Source: a virus
Lineage: Duplodnaviria; Caudoviricetes
DNA length: 24,330 nt
IMG/VR virus record: IMGVR_UViG_3300033076_000076
Coordinates: 1-24,330 of that record
Strand: one strand, 5' to 3'
Shown here: piece after piece, positions 8,104-17,174 of the stretch
Position numbering within the stretch: the stretch's first letter is position 1
Layout of the letters: each line of letters begins with the position of its first letter
Translations under genes and position numbers: made by a program
The notes under the pieces: model-generated
Told to the model about the DNA's origin: nothing
Seen by the model: only the letters and a program-made list of their open reading frames with translations
Databases searched by the model: none

Positions 8104-10317
8104 ATGGCAGACTTTGGTTTTGTTGGCGCTAGTTATGAAGCACCTAGCATCTACCAAGATGCTCAGGAATGTATCAATTTCTTTGCTGAAGTTGACCCAA
8201 CAAAACAAGCTGGTGATCGTGGTGTTGTTGCCCTTTACCCGACTCCAGGCTTGACTGAATGGGTGTCGCTTCCCGCTGGCGCTTCTGTCCGTGGGATGCA
8301 CACCCTTGCCAACAACAATCTGATGATTGCTGTTTCTGGCCCTTATGTCTATGCAATCAACAGTTTTGGAAACTACTTCACCATTGGTGTTTTGGATTCC
8401 ATTACTGGCCCTGTAAGCATCTCTGACAATGGCGTAAACGTCTATATTGCTGATGGTGCTTACCGCTACACATGGCGTATTAGTGGCCTTCCTGTTGCTT
8501 CTTTTGTTGGTTCTATTTCTGGAACATTGCTGACTGTTTCAAGCATTTCTGAAGGTCGTTTGGCTGTTGGCACTCAAATCTCTGGTGTTGGCGTGTTGAA
8601 TAACACCATCATTACAGCTTTGGGCACTGGAACAGGTGGAACTGGTACATACACTGTCAGCTTGAGTCAAACAGCCACAAGTACTCAAATGGGTGGTTTG
8701 TTGGGTAATGGCGTTGTTACCGCTTCAATTGGTCAAACATTGAGTGGTGTAACGATTACAGGAACTGCTGGTCAGTTTTCTTGCACAGCATCCACACAGC
8801 CTTTGGTGGTTGGTCAAACAATCAAAATCAGCGGCACTTATGGTGGCACTGGTTCAATCTCTGGCTATGCAAACCCAACAACCTACTACATCATTGCCAC
8901 AGATGGTTCTACGACATTTACATTGTCAACAACTGCAACTGGCTCTGGTGTAACAACTACGGCTGGCACTCCAACTGGTTTGACCTATGCGGTAGCCAAC
9001 ACAACAATGACTGTTACCGCTGTGGCAACAGGTCAGGTTTCTTTGGGTAACGCTATCCAAGGAGCTGGATTGGCGACCAACACAGTTGTCATGGATTTTG
9101 GTACTGCAACTGGCGGCACAGGAACTTACACAGTTAGTTCTGCTCAATATGTGGCCTCAGAAACCATGTATGCGCTTAACTTCACTGTTTTGCCTCAGAC
9201 TGATGGCGCATTTAGCGGCGCTTCTGTGGTTGATGTTGTTGACAACTATTTCGTCTACAACCGACCAAACAGCCAGCAATGGGGTGCTTCTGATCTGCTT
9301 TCGCCAATCAGTCCTCAATTGAGCTATGGCACAAAGGATGGCGCACCAGATAACTTGGTGTCGTTGATTGTTGACCATCGTGAAGTCTATTTGTTGGGTT
9401 CTAAGTCGTCTGAGGTTTGGGTGGATGTTGGCGCTGTGCCATTCCCATTCCAACGCATCCCTGGCACTTCTACCCAACACGGCATTGCTGCGGTAGCTTC
9501 TTTGGCTCGATTGGGCAATTCATTTGCTTACTTGTCCCGCAATGAACGTGGTCAAGGCATGATCGTTCAAATGAACGGTTACACGCCACAGCGTATTTCT
9601 ACCCATGCGGTAGAAAACAGCCTTTTGAACCAATACATTGACGATGCTGTTGCCTACACATATCAATTGGAAGGTCATGAAGTCTTTGTGATTTCGTTCC
9701 CAACAATAGATTTGACATGGGCTTATGACGCTACGACAGGTTTGTGGCACAAATGGCTTTGGGTTGACACTGAAAACGTCTATCACCGTCACCGTTCTAA
9801 CTGCTCTGCCACTTTGAACGGCAATGTGTATGTTGGCGATTGGGAAAATGGCAAGGTTTACCAATTGGACACAACAAATTACACTGATAACGGGGGCAAA
9901 ATTCGCCGTGTTCGTCGCTGTCCGCACCTTGTTGCTGATTTTCAACGTCAGTACTTTGATGAACTTCAGCTTCAATTTCAGCCTGGTGTTGGTCTTTCTG
10001 GCATTTCTAGCTCATCCAATTCATCTGCTATTGCTGGCATTGCCATTGCTGGTCTGGCTGTGGCTGGATCGTCAGCAACCGCTGGCTCTGGCACTGGCGT
10101 AGACCCACAAGCCATGCTTCGTTGGTCTAATGATGGCGGTTCTACTTGGAGCCGTGAGTATTGGGTTGGCATCGGCAAACAAGGTAAATACACAAATCGT
10201 GCCATTTGGCGGCGTTTGGGGACTGCTCGTGACCGAATCTATGAGGTGGCAATTACAGACCCTGTAAAGGCTGTGATTGTGTCGGCTAACATTAAGGCTT
10301 CAATGGGAGAGAACTAA
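8104..10317 (+). CDS. P22 gp10-like tail hub (packaged DNA stabilisation protein) with inserted beta domains
   Basis: QECINFF...LYPTPGL at the N-terminus; central PDNLVSLIVDHREVYLLG..SSEVW and QRISTHAVE; C-terminal DPQAMLRWSNDGGSTWS...WRRLG.ARDR. Confidence 0.88.
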   Translation: MADFGFVGASYEAPSIYQDAQECINFFAEVDPTKQAGDRGVVALYPTPGLTEWVSLPAGASVRGMHTLANNNLMIAVSGPYVYAINSFGNYFTIGVLDSITGPVSISDNGVNVYIADGAYRYTWRISGLPVASFVGSISGTLLTVSSISEGRLAVGTQISGVGVLNNTIITALGTGTGGTGTYTVSLSQTATSTQMGGLLGNGVVTASIGQTLSGVTITGTAGQFSCTASTQPLVVGQTIKISGTYGGTGSISGYANPTTYYIIATDGSTTFTLSTTATGSGVTTTAGTPTGLTYAVANTTMTVTAVATGQVSLGNAIQGAGLATNTVVMDFGTATGGTGTYTVSSAQYVASETMYALNFTVLPQTDGAFSGASVVDVVDNYFVYNRPNSQQWGASDLLSPISPQLSYGTKDGAPDNLVSLIVDHREVYLLGSKSSEVWVDVGAVPFPFQRIPGTSTQHGIAAVASLARLGNSFAYLSRNERGQGMIVQMNGYTPQRISTHAVENSLLNQYIDDAVAYTYQLEGHEVFVISFPTIDLTWAYDATTGLWHKWLWVDTENVYHRHRSNCSATLNGNVYVGDWENGKVYQLDTTNYTDNGGKIRRVRRCPHLVADFQRQYFDELQLQFQPGVGLSGISSSSNSSAIAGIAIAGLAVAGSSATAGSGTGVDPQAMLRWSNDGGSTWSREYWVGIGKQGKYTNRAIWRRLGTARDRIYEVAITDPVKAVIVSANIKASMGEN

Positions 10318-10553
10318 TGTCAAACGGCATTTATGGCTCATCCCAAACCAATCCTTACCCGCAGTCTCAGTTTTTGGATGGAAACACCAATCGCCCAACA
10401 AGGGCATGGCAACAGTTCTTTTTGAATCTATTGAACTTTTCATCCTCAGACACGGCTACGGCAGGGTCAAAGACATTGCCAGCGGCCCCTGCTGGCTTTA
10501 TAAATGTCACAGTAAATGGACAACAATTCAAGGTTCCCTATTACAATGAGTGA
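10317..10553 (+). CDS. short tail needle-like protein (P22 gp26 position)
   Basis: 78 aa directly after the gp10-like gene (TAATG overlap), PTRAWQQFFLNL motif. Call rests mainly on synteny. Confidence 0.5.
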   Translation: MSNGIYGSSQTNPYPQSQFLDGNTNRPTRAWQQFFLNLLNFSSSDTATAGSKTLPAAPAGFINVTVNGQQFKVPYYNE

Positions 10554-11097
10554 CATGACCAATCTTGTTGAAACCAAATCTTTTGATGTGGCTAAAAACA
10601 CGCCAGAAGTTGTCATGTTTCGTGAACACATAATGACTGTTCAAAACGGAATCAACAAGATGATTGAAGATGGTGAAGTCGAATCAACGCTTGACGATTG
10701 TGTTGTGACGCATCATTTTGCCCCAATTGATGAAACTTATGGATGCTGTACTTATGCAAGGCAGATGTTCATTCCAAAAGGCACATTGATTATTGGCAAG
10801 ATTCATCGCCATCAACATCTGAACTTTATCCTCAAAGGCAAAGTTTCTGTTTCAACCGAATTTGGCAAAAAGTACATGGAAGCACCATGCACATTCATTT
10901 CTGAAGTAGGTTTGAAACGTGCTGTATATGCTGAAGAAGATACGATTTGGACAACTGTTCACCTGACTAAATTTCATGGTGAAGAAAACTTAGACAAGAT
11001 TGAACAAGAAGTAATTTCACCTTCTTATGAAGATATTGGTTTAATTTCGTCTATGCAAGATTTGATGAAGCTAGATGACAAAGGAGAGTCAAAATGA
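10546..11097 (+). CDS. cupin (double-stranded beta helix) protein
   Basis: HHFAP...YARQMFIPKGTLIIGKIHRHQHLNFILKG...KRAVYAEEDTIWTTVH. Start likely ATG 10546 or 10555 rather than 10516. Confidence 0.7.
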   Translation: MSDMTNLVETKSFDVAKNTPEVVMFREHIMTVQNGINKMIEDGEVESTLDDCVVTHHFAPIDETYGCCTYARQMFIPKGTLIIGKIHRHQHLNFILKGKVSVSTEFGKKYMEAPCTFISEVGLKRAVYAEEDTIWTTVHLTKFHGEENLDKIEQEVISPSYEDIGLISSMQDLMKLDDKGESK

Positions 11098-11921
11098 CTT
11101 GGGGCATGACCGCTGTTGCTGGTGCAACACTTGTTTCTGGATATATGGGTTCTCAGGCGGCTAAATCGGTTGCTGATACTCAAGCTGCTGCTGCTCGTGA
11201 TGCGACTCAAGTTCAAAAAGACATTTTCAACACGCAAAATGCTCAACAGGCGGCAGGTCGTGGAGCAGGTTATCAAGGATTCAACACAATCCGTTCAATG
11301 CTTCCTGGTCAGTACACGACTTATGATGAACAAGGTAATGTGACTGGAACTGCTCAAGGTTCTGATTATCTAACGCATCAATTCAATGCTCAAGATTTTG
11401 CCAACAACATTGATCCTGGCTATGCTTTCCGTTTGCAACAAGGTGAAATGGCTAATCAACGTGCTAGTAATGTTGGTGGTGGGGCTTTGTCTGGTAACAC
11501 TCTTGCTGGCCTTCAGGCTTATACCCAAGGTGAAGCAAGTCAAGAATATGGCAATGCTTTCAATCGTTACCAAACACAACGTAGCAACATTTACAACACA
11601 TTGGCTTCAATTGCTGGTTTGGGGCAAACTTCTCAACAACAGGCTAATCAAGCTGCTCAGTCTTATGGTGCAAACACAGCCAATTTGATGACAGGCGCTG
11701 CTGCTGCTCAAGCCGCTGGAACTGTTGGCTCTGCTAATGCTTGGGGTAATGCAATTCAAAGCGGTGGAAACATGGCTTATTTGAATAGTTTGCGAAACAA
11801 CCCAAATAGCCAAACATTCAATCAAAACACTGGTTGGTCAGGTGGTGGTTCTGGTCAAGTTTATGTGCCTGGTGAGGGAACCATGTCTCCACAAGCATAT
11901 TTCTCAACAACGCCAGCATAA
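11094..11921 (+). CDS. DNA ejection/pilot protein (P22 gp7-like)
   Basis: A/Q/G/N-rich with an N-terminal hydrophobic A/G segment and DPGYAFRLQQG...GGALSGNTL motif. First of three large genes after the tail genes. Confidence 0.75.
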   Translation: MTWGMTAVAGATLVSGYMGSQAAKSVADTQAAAARDATQVQKDIFNTQNAQQAAGRGAGYQGFNTIRSMLPGQYTTYDEQGNVTGTAQGSDYLTHQFNAQDFANNIDPGYAFRLQQGEMANQRASNVGGGALSGNTLAGLQAYTQGEASQEYGNAFNRYQTQRSNIYNTLASIAGLGQTSQQQANQAAQSYGANTANLMTGAAAAQAAGTVGSANAWGNAIQSGGNMAYLNSLRNNPNSQTFNQNTGWSGGGSGQVYVPGEGTMSPQAYFSTTPA

Positions 11922-11930
11922 GGATTTGCC

Positions 11931-13403
11931 ATGCCTGAAATCAATGCAATCACTCCTGTTGCCAATCAGATTAAACCTCAACCAGCCATGACTTTGGCTG
12001 ATATGTTGAACATTGCTAACGCATCACAACAATATCAACAAGCTCAACAACTTAATCCTCTTGCTGTGCAAAAAGCGCAAATGGAAGTTGAGCAACTTCA
12101 AAAAGTTAATCCTTATGCCGCTCGTAAAGCGGCTGCTGAAGCTACAACTGCTGAATTTGGCGCTAAAGATGCACAACTAAAAAATATGTTGATGCAATCA
12201 ACAAATGCTGTTCAAGGAATTCAAACTTTATTAAATGATAAAGATTTGTCTGCTGAAAAAATTGTTTCTCATGTCAAAGAATACATTGGAAATGCTGGTG
12301 GTGATGAAAAGGCTGTAAAACAAGCTCTTATTGGTTTGCCCACAAATGGAACTCAAACTGATTTGAGAGCATATTTGGCTAAAAAATTAGCAACAGCAAC
12401 TAGCGCACAAGCTCAATTGGAAAAAATGTATCCAGCCGCAAATATGCAAGATGTTGGTGGCGCAATTGTTCCAACACAAGCTGGAAATCCATTGCTTACA
12501 GGAAATATCCCTGGTGCAACTATTGGTCAAGTTCAAGGAAAAACACTTTCTCCACAAGTTTTTACAACAGAAACTGGCGCTCCTGGTGTTATTGGTGGCG
12601 GCGCTTCAAACCAAGCTCCTCAAGGAACAAACATCGCTCCAGCGATTCAAAAGCCTGTTGCTCAAGGTGGCGGTGCGCCAAAAGTTGCGTCAGCAGGTTC
12701 TGGTATGCAAGAGTCTTTCAATGCAAAAGGTGGTTTACAACGTGCGCCAGATGAAACTTACGATGCTTACAAAGCTCGTGTTTCACGTTTGTCTGCATTG
12801 CCAACAGCCGCAAACAATGCTTTGAACTTGGGTAATGTTGAGTCTATTCCCAACATGGAATTGACCAACAACAGAATTTTGAAGTTGATTGAAGATAAGA
12901 ATGTAAACATTGGCCCTATTGCAAATGCTATTGCAAACAAAACTGGCGGTGTTGGTTTGACTTCAGAACAACAAGAAGTTATGAAGTATCTTGAACAACG
13001 AATCCGTCAAGAGGGCGCTCGTTCCAACCAAGATCAAGCATCTCAAAGCAAGGCTTATGGTTCATTTGGAACAAATAAAGAAGCATTGCGAGACATCTTG
13101 TATAACGACAAGGCTTTGCTTGCTTCTCAGCGGTTGCTTTACAAAGGTATCAAAAACCATCAAGGCAATGTTAATCAGCCTAATCTTGGTGCTATCAATG
13201 CTTTTGAAAATGAGTTCAACAACATTGCTCAAAATCCTGATGTGATGCACTTGATTGGCGTTGTTGGCAACAAGTCAATGGAAGATTTGTCTACAACTGA
13301 TCGTCAGCATTTGAAAAAGTATTTCAAAGGCAAATCACAAGAATACATTGACAGCATCTTTGAAGAAAAAGACAAACTTGAAAAACTTGTTGGGGGTAAA
13401 TAA
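11931..13403 (+). CDS. DNA ejection protein (gp20-like position)
   Basis: 490 aa, helical Q/A/N-rich, in the middle of the ejection gene trio. Confidence 0.6.
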   Translation: MPEINAITPVANQIKPQPAMTLADMLNIANASQQYQQAQQLNPLAVQKAQMEVEQLQKVNPYAARKAAAEATTAEFGAKDAQLKNMLMQSTNAVQGIQTLLNDKDLSAEKIVSHVKEYIGNAGGDEKAVKQALIGLPTNGTQTDLRAYLAKKLATATSAQAQLEKMYPAANMQDVGGAIVPTQAGNPLLTGNIPGATIGQVQGKTLSPQVFTTETGAPGVIGGGASNQAPQGTNIAPAIQKPVAQGGGAPKVASAGSGMQESFNAKGGLQRAPDETYDAYKARVSRLSALPTAANNALNLGNVESIPNMELTNNRILKLIEDKNVNIGPIANAIANKTGGVGLTSEQQEVMKYLEQRIRQEGARSNQDQASQSKAYGSFGTNKEALRDILYNDKALLASQRLLYKGIKNHQGNVNQPNLGAINAFENEFNNIAQNPDVMHLIGVVGNKSMEDLSTTDRQHLKKYFKGKSQEYIDSIFEEKDKLEKLVGGK

Positions 13404-14992
13404 TGGGTGATAAAAAGCAAATCAATTCGGCTGATTTGTTTGGCATCGTCAATGAAGGCGCTCCAAAACAAAGCACACAAGTTTCTTCAAAAAACTTTTC
13501 TCAAATTCTTGCTAATGCACCAGAGCAAGAAGGTTTGTCATGGTGGGATGTGCCATTTCAGGCAGTAACTAACATTCCTAAAAGTGCTTACGAATTTGGC
13601 AAAGGCATGACTGATGTATTTGTCCATCCTTTAAAAACCAGCCAAAGCGTAATGGACATTGCGGCTGGCACTTTGCGAAACATCACTCCAAAACAAATTG
13701 CTGATTGGATTGACAAATACGACAAAAATCCAGAGTCTGCTGAACGTGCAAGCAGTGTTGCAGCTCAAGTTGGCAAGTTCTACAAAGAACGCTATGGCAC
13801 AAGTGAAGGCTTTAAACAAGCTGTTGCACAAGACCCTATTGGTGTTGCTTCTGATCTGTCAACAGTTTTAAGCGGCGGCGCTGGTATTGCTGCAAAGGTT
13901 GGCGCTCCCGCTAAAGCCGTTGGAGCAATCCAAAAAGCGGCAGAAGTTACAAATCCATTGTTGGTTGCTGGTAAAGGCGTTACTGCTGTTGGCAAGCCTT
14001 TGCTTGGCATGACAACTGGTGTTGGTTCGGAAAACATAGCCAATGCCGCCAAAGCTGGTTTTGAGGGTGATAAAGAGTTTCAAGCTGCATTACGTGGTGA
14101 AGCTCCAATGACTCAACCTCTTGACAATGCACGACACAATTTGAGCGTAATGCGTCAAAAACGTGGTGATGCTTATCGCTCTGGAATGGTTGACATTTCA
14201 AACGACAAATCTGTTTTGGACTTTAACGATATTGACCAAGCAATTGCGAAAGCAAAAGCTGAAAACCGTCATGGTTCAAAAATTAAAGATGACATTGCTG
14301 AACAGCATCTTTTGGAATTGGAAAATGAAGTAAAAGATTGGCAACTTGCCGATCCTGCTGTTTACCATACTCCTGAAGGTCTTGACGCATTAAAACAACG
14401 AATTGGTGCAATTGTTGATCGAATCCCACCAAATGAGGCAAATGCAAATCGAATTGGCGGGAACATTTACAACTCTGTAAAAGGCACAATTACACGCCAA
14501 GCTCCAAAGTATTCTGAAGTAATGTCAGATTACGCAGATGCTTCTGAAAGCATCCGTGAAATTGAAAAAGCGTTGTCTTTAGGCAATCGTGCTTCGGCTG
14601 ATACTGCTTTGCGTAAATTGCAAAGTCTCACACGAAACAACGTAAACACAAACTACGGCAATAGATTAAATCTTGCTCAACAGCTTGAAATGGAAGGTGG
14701 AAAGCCTTTTATTAGCGCATTGTCTGGTCAAGCATTAAGTTCGCCGACTGCTCGTGGTCTTGCAGGAAATGTGGAAAATTTGTCTGCTTTGGGTGGTGTT
14801 TTCTATGACCCAACAATGTTGGCGGCTTTGCCATTGCAGACTCCTCGACTTGTTGGTGAAGGTCTGTATTATGGTGGTCGTGCCGCAAAAGGCGTATCAC
14901 AAGCCGCAAAAGGCTTGGGATTGAATCCTCAACGTGCAAACACTTTGGCTGACATTCTTTATGTCAACGAACAAAACAAGGAACAAGAATGA
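13403..14992 (+). CDS. DNA ejection protein (gp16-like position)
   Basis: 529 aa, helical with G/A-rich membrane-like patches, TAATG coupled, last of the trio. Confidence 0.6.
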   Translation: MGDKKQINSADLFGIVNEGAPKQSTQVSSKNFSQILANAPEQEGLSWWDVPFQAVTNIPKSAYEFGKGMTDVFVHPLKTSQSVMDIAAGTLRNITPKQIADWIDKYDKNPESAERASSVAAQVGKFYKERYGTSEGFKQAVAQDPIGVASDLSTVLSGGAGIAAKVGAPAKAVGAIQKAAEVTNPLLVAGKGVTAVGKPLLGMTTGVGSENIANAAKAGFEGDKEFQAALRGEAPMTQPLDNARHNLSVMRQKRGDAYRSGMVDISNDKSVLDFNDIDQAIAKAKAENRHGSKIKDDIAEQHLLELENEVKDWQLADPAVYHTPEGLDALKQRIGAIVDRIPPNEANANRIGGNIYNSVKGTITRQAPKYSEVMSDYADASESIREIEKALSLGNRASADTALRKLQSLTRNNVNTNYGNRLNLAQQLEMEGGKPFISALSGQALSSPTARGLAGNVENLSALGGVFYDPTMLAALPLQTPRLVGEGLYYGGRAAKGVSQAAKGLGLNPQRANTLADILYVNEQNKEQE

Positions 14993-15516
14993 GCGTCAAT
15001 CTTTCCCCAATTGGTAACGGATTCCAGTTTTTCACAACAACTGGTATTCCTTTGTCTGGTGGTTTGCTTTACACCTATCAGGCTGGCACATCAACTCCTC
15101 AGACTAGCTACACGGATTCGGCTGGTTCTATTGCCAACACCAATCCAATTGTGCTTGGTACTGATGGTCGCCCACCTAGTGAAATTTGGCTAACTGCTGG
15201 TTCTGCCTACAAATTTGTGTTAGCTGACTCGTCAAACGTGGTGATTCAGACCTATGACAACATTTCTGGCATCTTGACCACAGCGCCAGCAACATCACAA
15301 ATCCCTGCTGGTTGCATCATTATGTGGTCGGGTTCTATTGCCTCGATTCCATCTGGTTATGTGCTTTGTAACGGCTCTGGTGGCACTCCAGATTTGCGTG
15401 ACAAATTTGTGGTTGGTGCTGGTAACTCTTATGTGGTTGGCGCTACATCTAACACCGCTGGCACAGGTTCTAACCTTCCTGCCTACTATGCCCTTGCGTA
15501 CATTCAAAAAACATAA
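14989..15516 (+). CDS. tailspike-position protein: virion-anchoring N-terminal domain plus tail-collar domain
   Basis: QFF...G.PLSGGLLYTYQAGTSTP..SYTD.AG..ANTNPIVL...GR anchor domain, then IPAGCIIMWSG..IPSGYVLCNG..GTPDLRDKFVVGAG collar motif. Confidence 0.75.
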   Translation: MSVNLSPIGNGFQFFTTTGIPLSGGLLYTYQAGTSTPQTSYTDSAGSIANTNPIVLGTDGRPPSEIWLTAGSAYKFVLADSSNVVIQTYDNISGILTTAPATSQIPAGCIIMWSGSIASIPSGYVLCNGSGGTPDLRDKFVVGAGNSYVVGATSNTAGTGSNLPAYYALAYIQKT

Positions 15517-15517
15517 C

Positions 15518-15748
15518 ATGGCAAACTTTGAATTTGACCCTGTAAAGTACGGCGTACTCTGGCAAAAAGTGGAAGATTACGAGCGTAGATTTGACGAACT
15601 GAACAACAAGATTGACAAGATGGAAGGCCAACTAGAGCAACTGGTTGCCCTTGCCAATAAAGGTCGTGGCGGATTTTGGGCTGGAATGATGATTGCATCT
15701 GGCATTTCTGGCGCTGTTGGCTTTGTTTTGGCTTGGCTCAAGAGGTGA
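15518..15748 (+). CDS. small coiled-coil protein with C-terminal TM helix (XhlA/holin-like)
   Basis: Start ATG 15518 (MANFEFDPVKYG...), 76 aa, heptad region followed by hydrophobic GGFWAGMMIASGISGAVGFVLAW. Confidence 0.6.
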   Translation: MANFEFDPVKYGVLWQKVEDYERRFDELNNKIDKMEGQLEQLVALANKGRGGFWAGMMIASGISGAVGFVLAWLKR

Positions 15749-15751
15749 CGT

Positions 15752-16525
15752 ATTGATCCGATCAGCCTACTCCTTATGGCTCAATCTGCTGTGGCGGCAA
15801 TCCGTACTGGGTGCAATATGCTGGCAGAGGGTAAAGCCGAAATTGACAAGTTCAAAAAGACTGTTGAAAAAGGCGTAGGCGATGCCAAAGCAATCTATTC
15901 CGAGGTTGTTGGAATCTGGGGATGGATTCAAAGCCTGTTTGGTCAAAAACCAAAAGCAAAGCCAGTGGCCTTGCCTGTTGTTGACGCAAAGGTTGAGCCA
16001 AAGCCAGAAAAAAGAAGAAAAGAGCCAGAAAAAGAGCTGACTTATGAGGAATTCCAAGCTCGACAAGTCCATGAGATTTGTGAGCATCTGAAGGTTTATT
16101 TTGAGGTTATCAGAGAGCTAAAAGCGCATTGTCGGGAACTTGAAGAACAATCTTTGACAACAGAGAGAGTTGCGGACAGTGCGATTGATCGGATTGAGCT
16201 TGAGTGGCAAATGAAACAGTTGGCTACTCAGGTGAAAGAAGCAATGATTTACACGCCAGAGAGGTTGGGGCTTCAAGCGTTGTATTCTCGGTTTCTGGAG
16301 ATGTATGACCAAATCCTTGAAGAACAGGAGTTCGCAAGGGCTGTTCAAGCAAAGAAAGAACGAGATAAGAAATGGCAACGAGAACTCCTACGCAATCACA
16401 GAATCGACAGGGGAATGGCGGCGTTTTGGGTCGCAGTGGTGATCCTATGGATGTGGGGGCTGTTTCTGTCGTTAGGATGGCTCGTGAAGATACCCGCTGG
16501 TTCATTGCGGGGGTTGTTGTTCTGA
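15752..16525 (+). CDS. coiled-coil membrane protein of the lysis cluster (probable ATT start; first ATG at 15776)
   Basis: Frame is open from 15749. ATT GAT CCG ATC AGC gives (M)DPISLLLMAQ..., preceded by SD-like GAGGTG. Long helical region and a C-terminal TM helix. Confidence 0.6.
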   Translation: MDPISLLLMAQSAVAAIRTGCNMLAEGKAEIDKFKKTVEKGVGDAKAIYSEVVGIWGWIQSLFGQKPKAKPVALPVVDAKVEPKPEKRRKEPEKELTYEEFQARQVHEICEHLKVYFEVIRELKAHCRELEEQSLTTERVADSAIDRIELEWQMKQLATQVKEAMIYTPERLGLQALYSRFLEMYDQILEEQEFARAVQAKKERDKKWQRELLRNHRIDRGMAAFWVAVVILWMWGLFLSLGWLVKIPAGSLRGLLF

Positions 16526-16674
16526 GCGTGGTGTTGTTTTTTGCTTTGCCAATGTCGCTTTTGATCTATGTGGATGCTGCTCGGCTTCAAGCTGAAGTGC
16601 GCTACGAGATTAAGCAAATGAAAAAATTGAAACAAGAAATTAAAGAAAAATCTGAAACTAAAAAGGAAGAATGA
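16372..16674 (+). CDS. single-TM protein with short basic coiled coil (i-spanin-like topology), overlapping the previous gene
   Basis: TM WFIAGVVVLSVVLFFALPMSLLIYV followed by a heptad tail; ATGA-coupled to the next gene. Start uncertain (16372, 16447 or 16477). Confidence 0.55.
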   Translation: MATRTPTQSQNRQGNGGVLGRSGDPMDVGAVSVVRMAREDTRWFIAGVVVLSVVLFFALPMSLLIYVDAARLQAEVRYEIKQMKKLKQEIKEKSETKKEE

Positions 16675-17174
16675 TGCTTTCACTATTTTCAACACTTGGC
16701 GGTTTGTTAATTTCGATGTTCCCAAAGATCATTGATTTGTTTCAGAACAAGGCAGACCAAAAGCATGAGCTTGAGCTTGCTCGGCTTCAAACTGAACGTG
16801 AACTTCAAATGGCTGCGGCTGGCTATGCTGCTCAAGCTAAAGTAGAGGAAATCCGTTCTGATGAGATTTCCATGCAGACAGAAGCCGCCATGACTCAGGC
16901 TGCCTACGCCCATGACGCAAAGGTTCTGGAAAAGGCTGCAAGTTGGGTTTCAACTTATGTTGGTACTGTGCGTCCAACGATTACATATTTGTTCGTTCTG
17001 GAGCTTGTATTCATCAATGCTGGCCTTGGCTATTATGTTTGGTGTCATCCAGACATGATTAAGAGCGTTGATGACCTTATTCGCATTGGCAACGAGATTT
17101 TCAGTGATGACGAAATGGCAATGCTTGGCGGCATCATTGGCTTCTGGTTCGGCACTCGTAGTAGCAAGAAATGA
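16671..17174 (+). CDS. putative holin (3TM/GTA-holin-like family)
   Basis: W....VRPTITY...IIGFWFGTR motifs, three hydrophobic segments, directly upstream of the lysozyme. Confidence 0.7.
   Translation: MMLSLFSTLGGLLISMFPKIIDLFQNKADQKHELELARLQTERELQMAAAGYAAQAKVEEIRSDEISMQTEAAMTQAAYAHDAKVLEKAASWVSTYVGTVRPTITYLFVLELVFINAGLGYYVWCHPDMIKSVDDLIRIGNEIFSDDEMAMLGGIIGFWFGTRSSKK

Noticed and set aside
16568-16622. Alternative-frame mini ORF MWMLLGFKLKC... as an embedded o-spanin
   Set aside because: Only 17 aa, no valid lipobox and no Pro-rich mature region.
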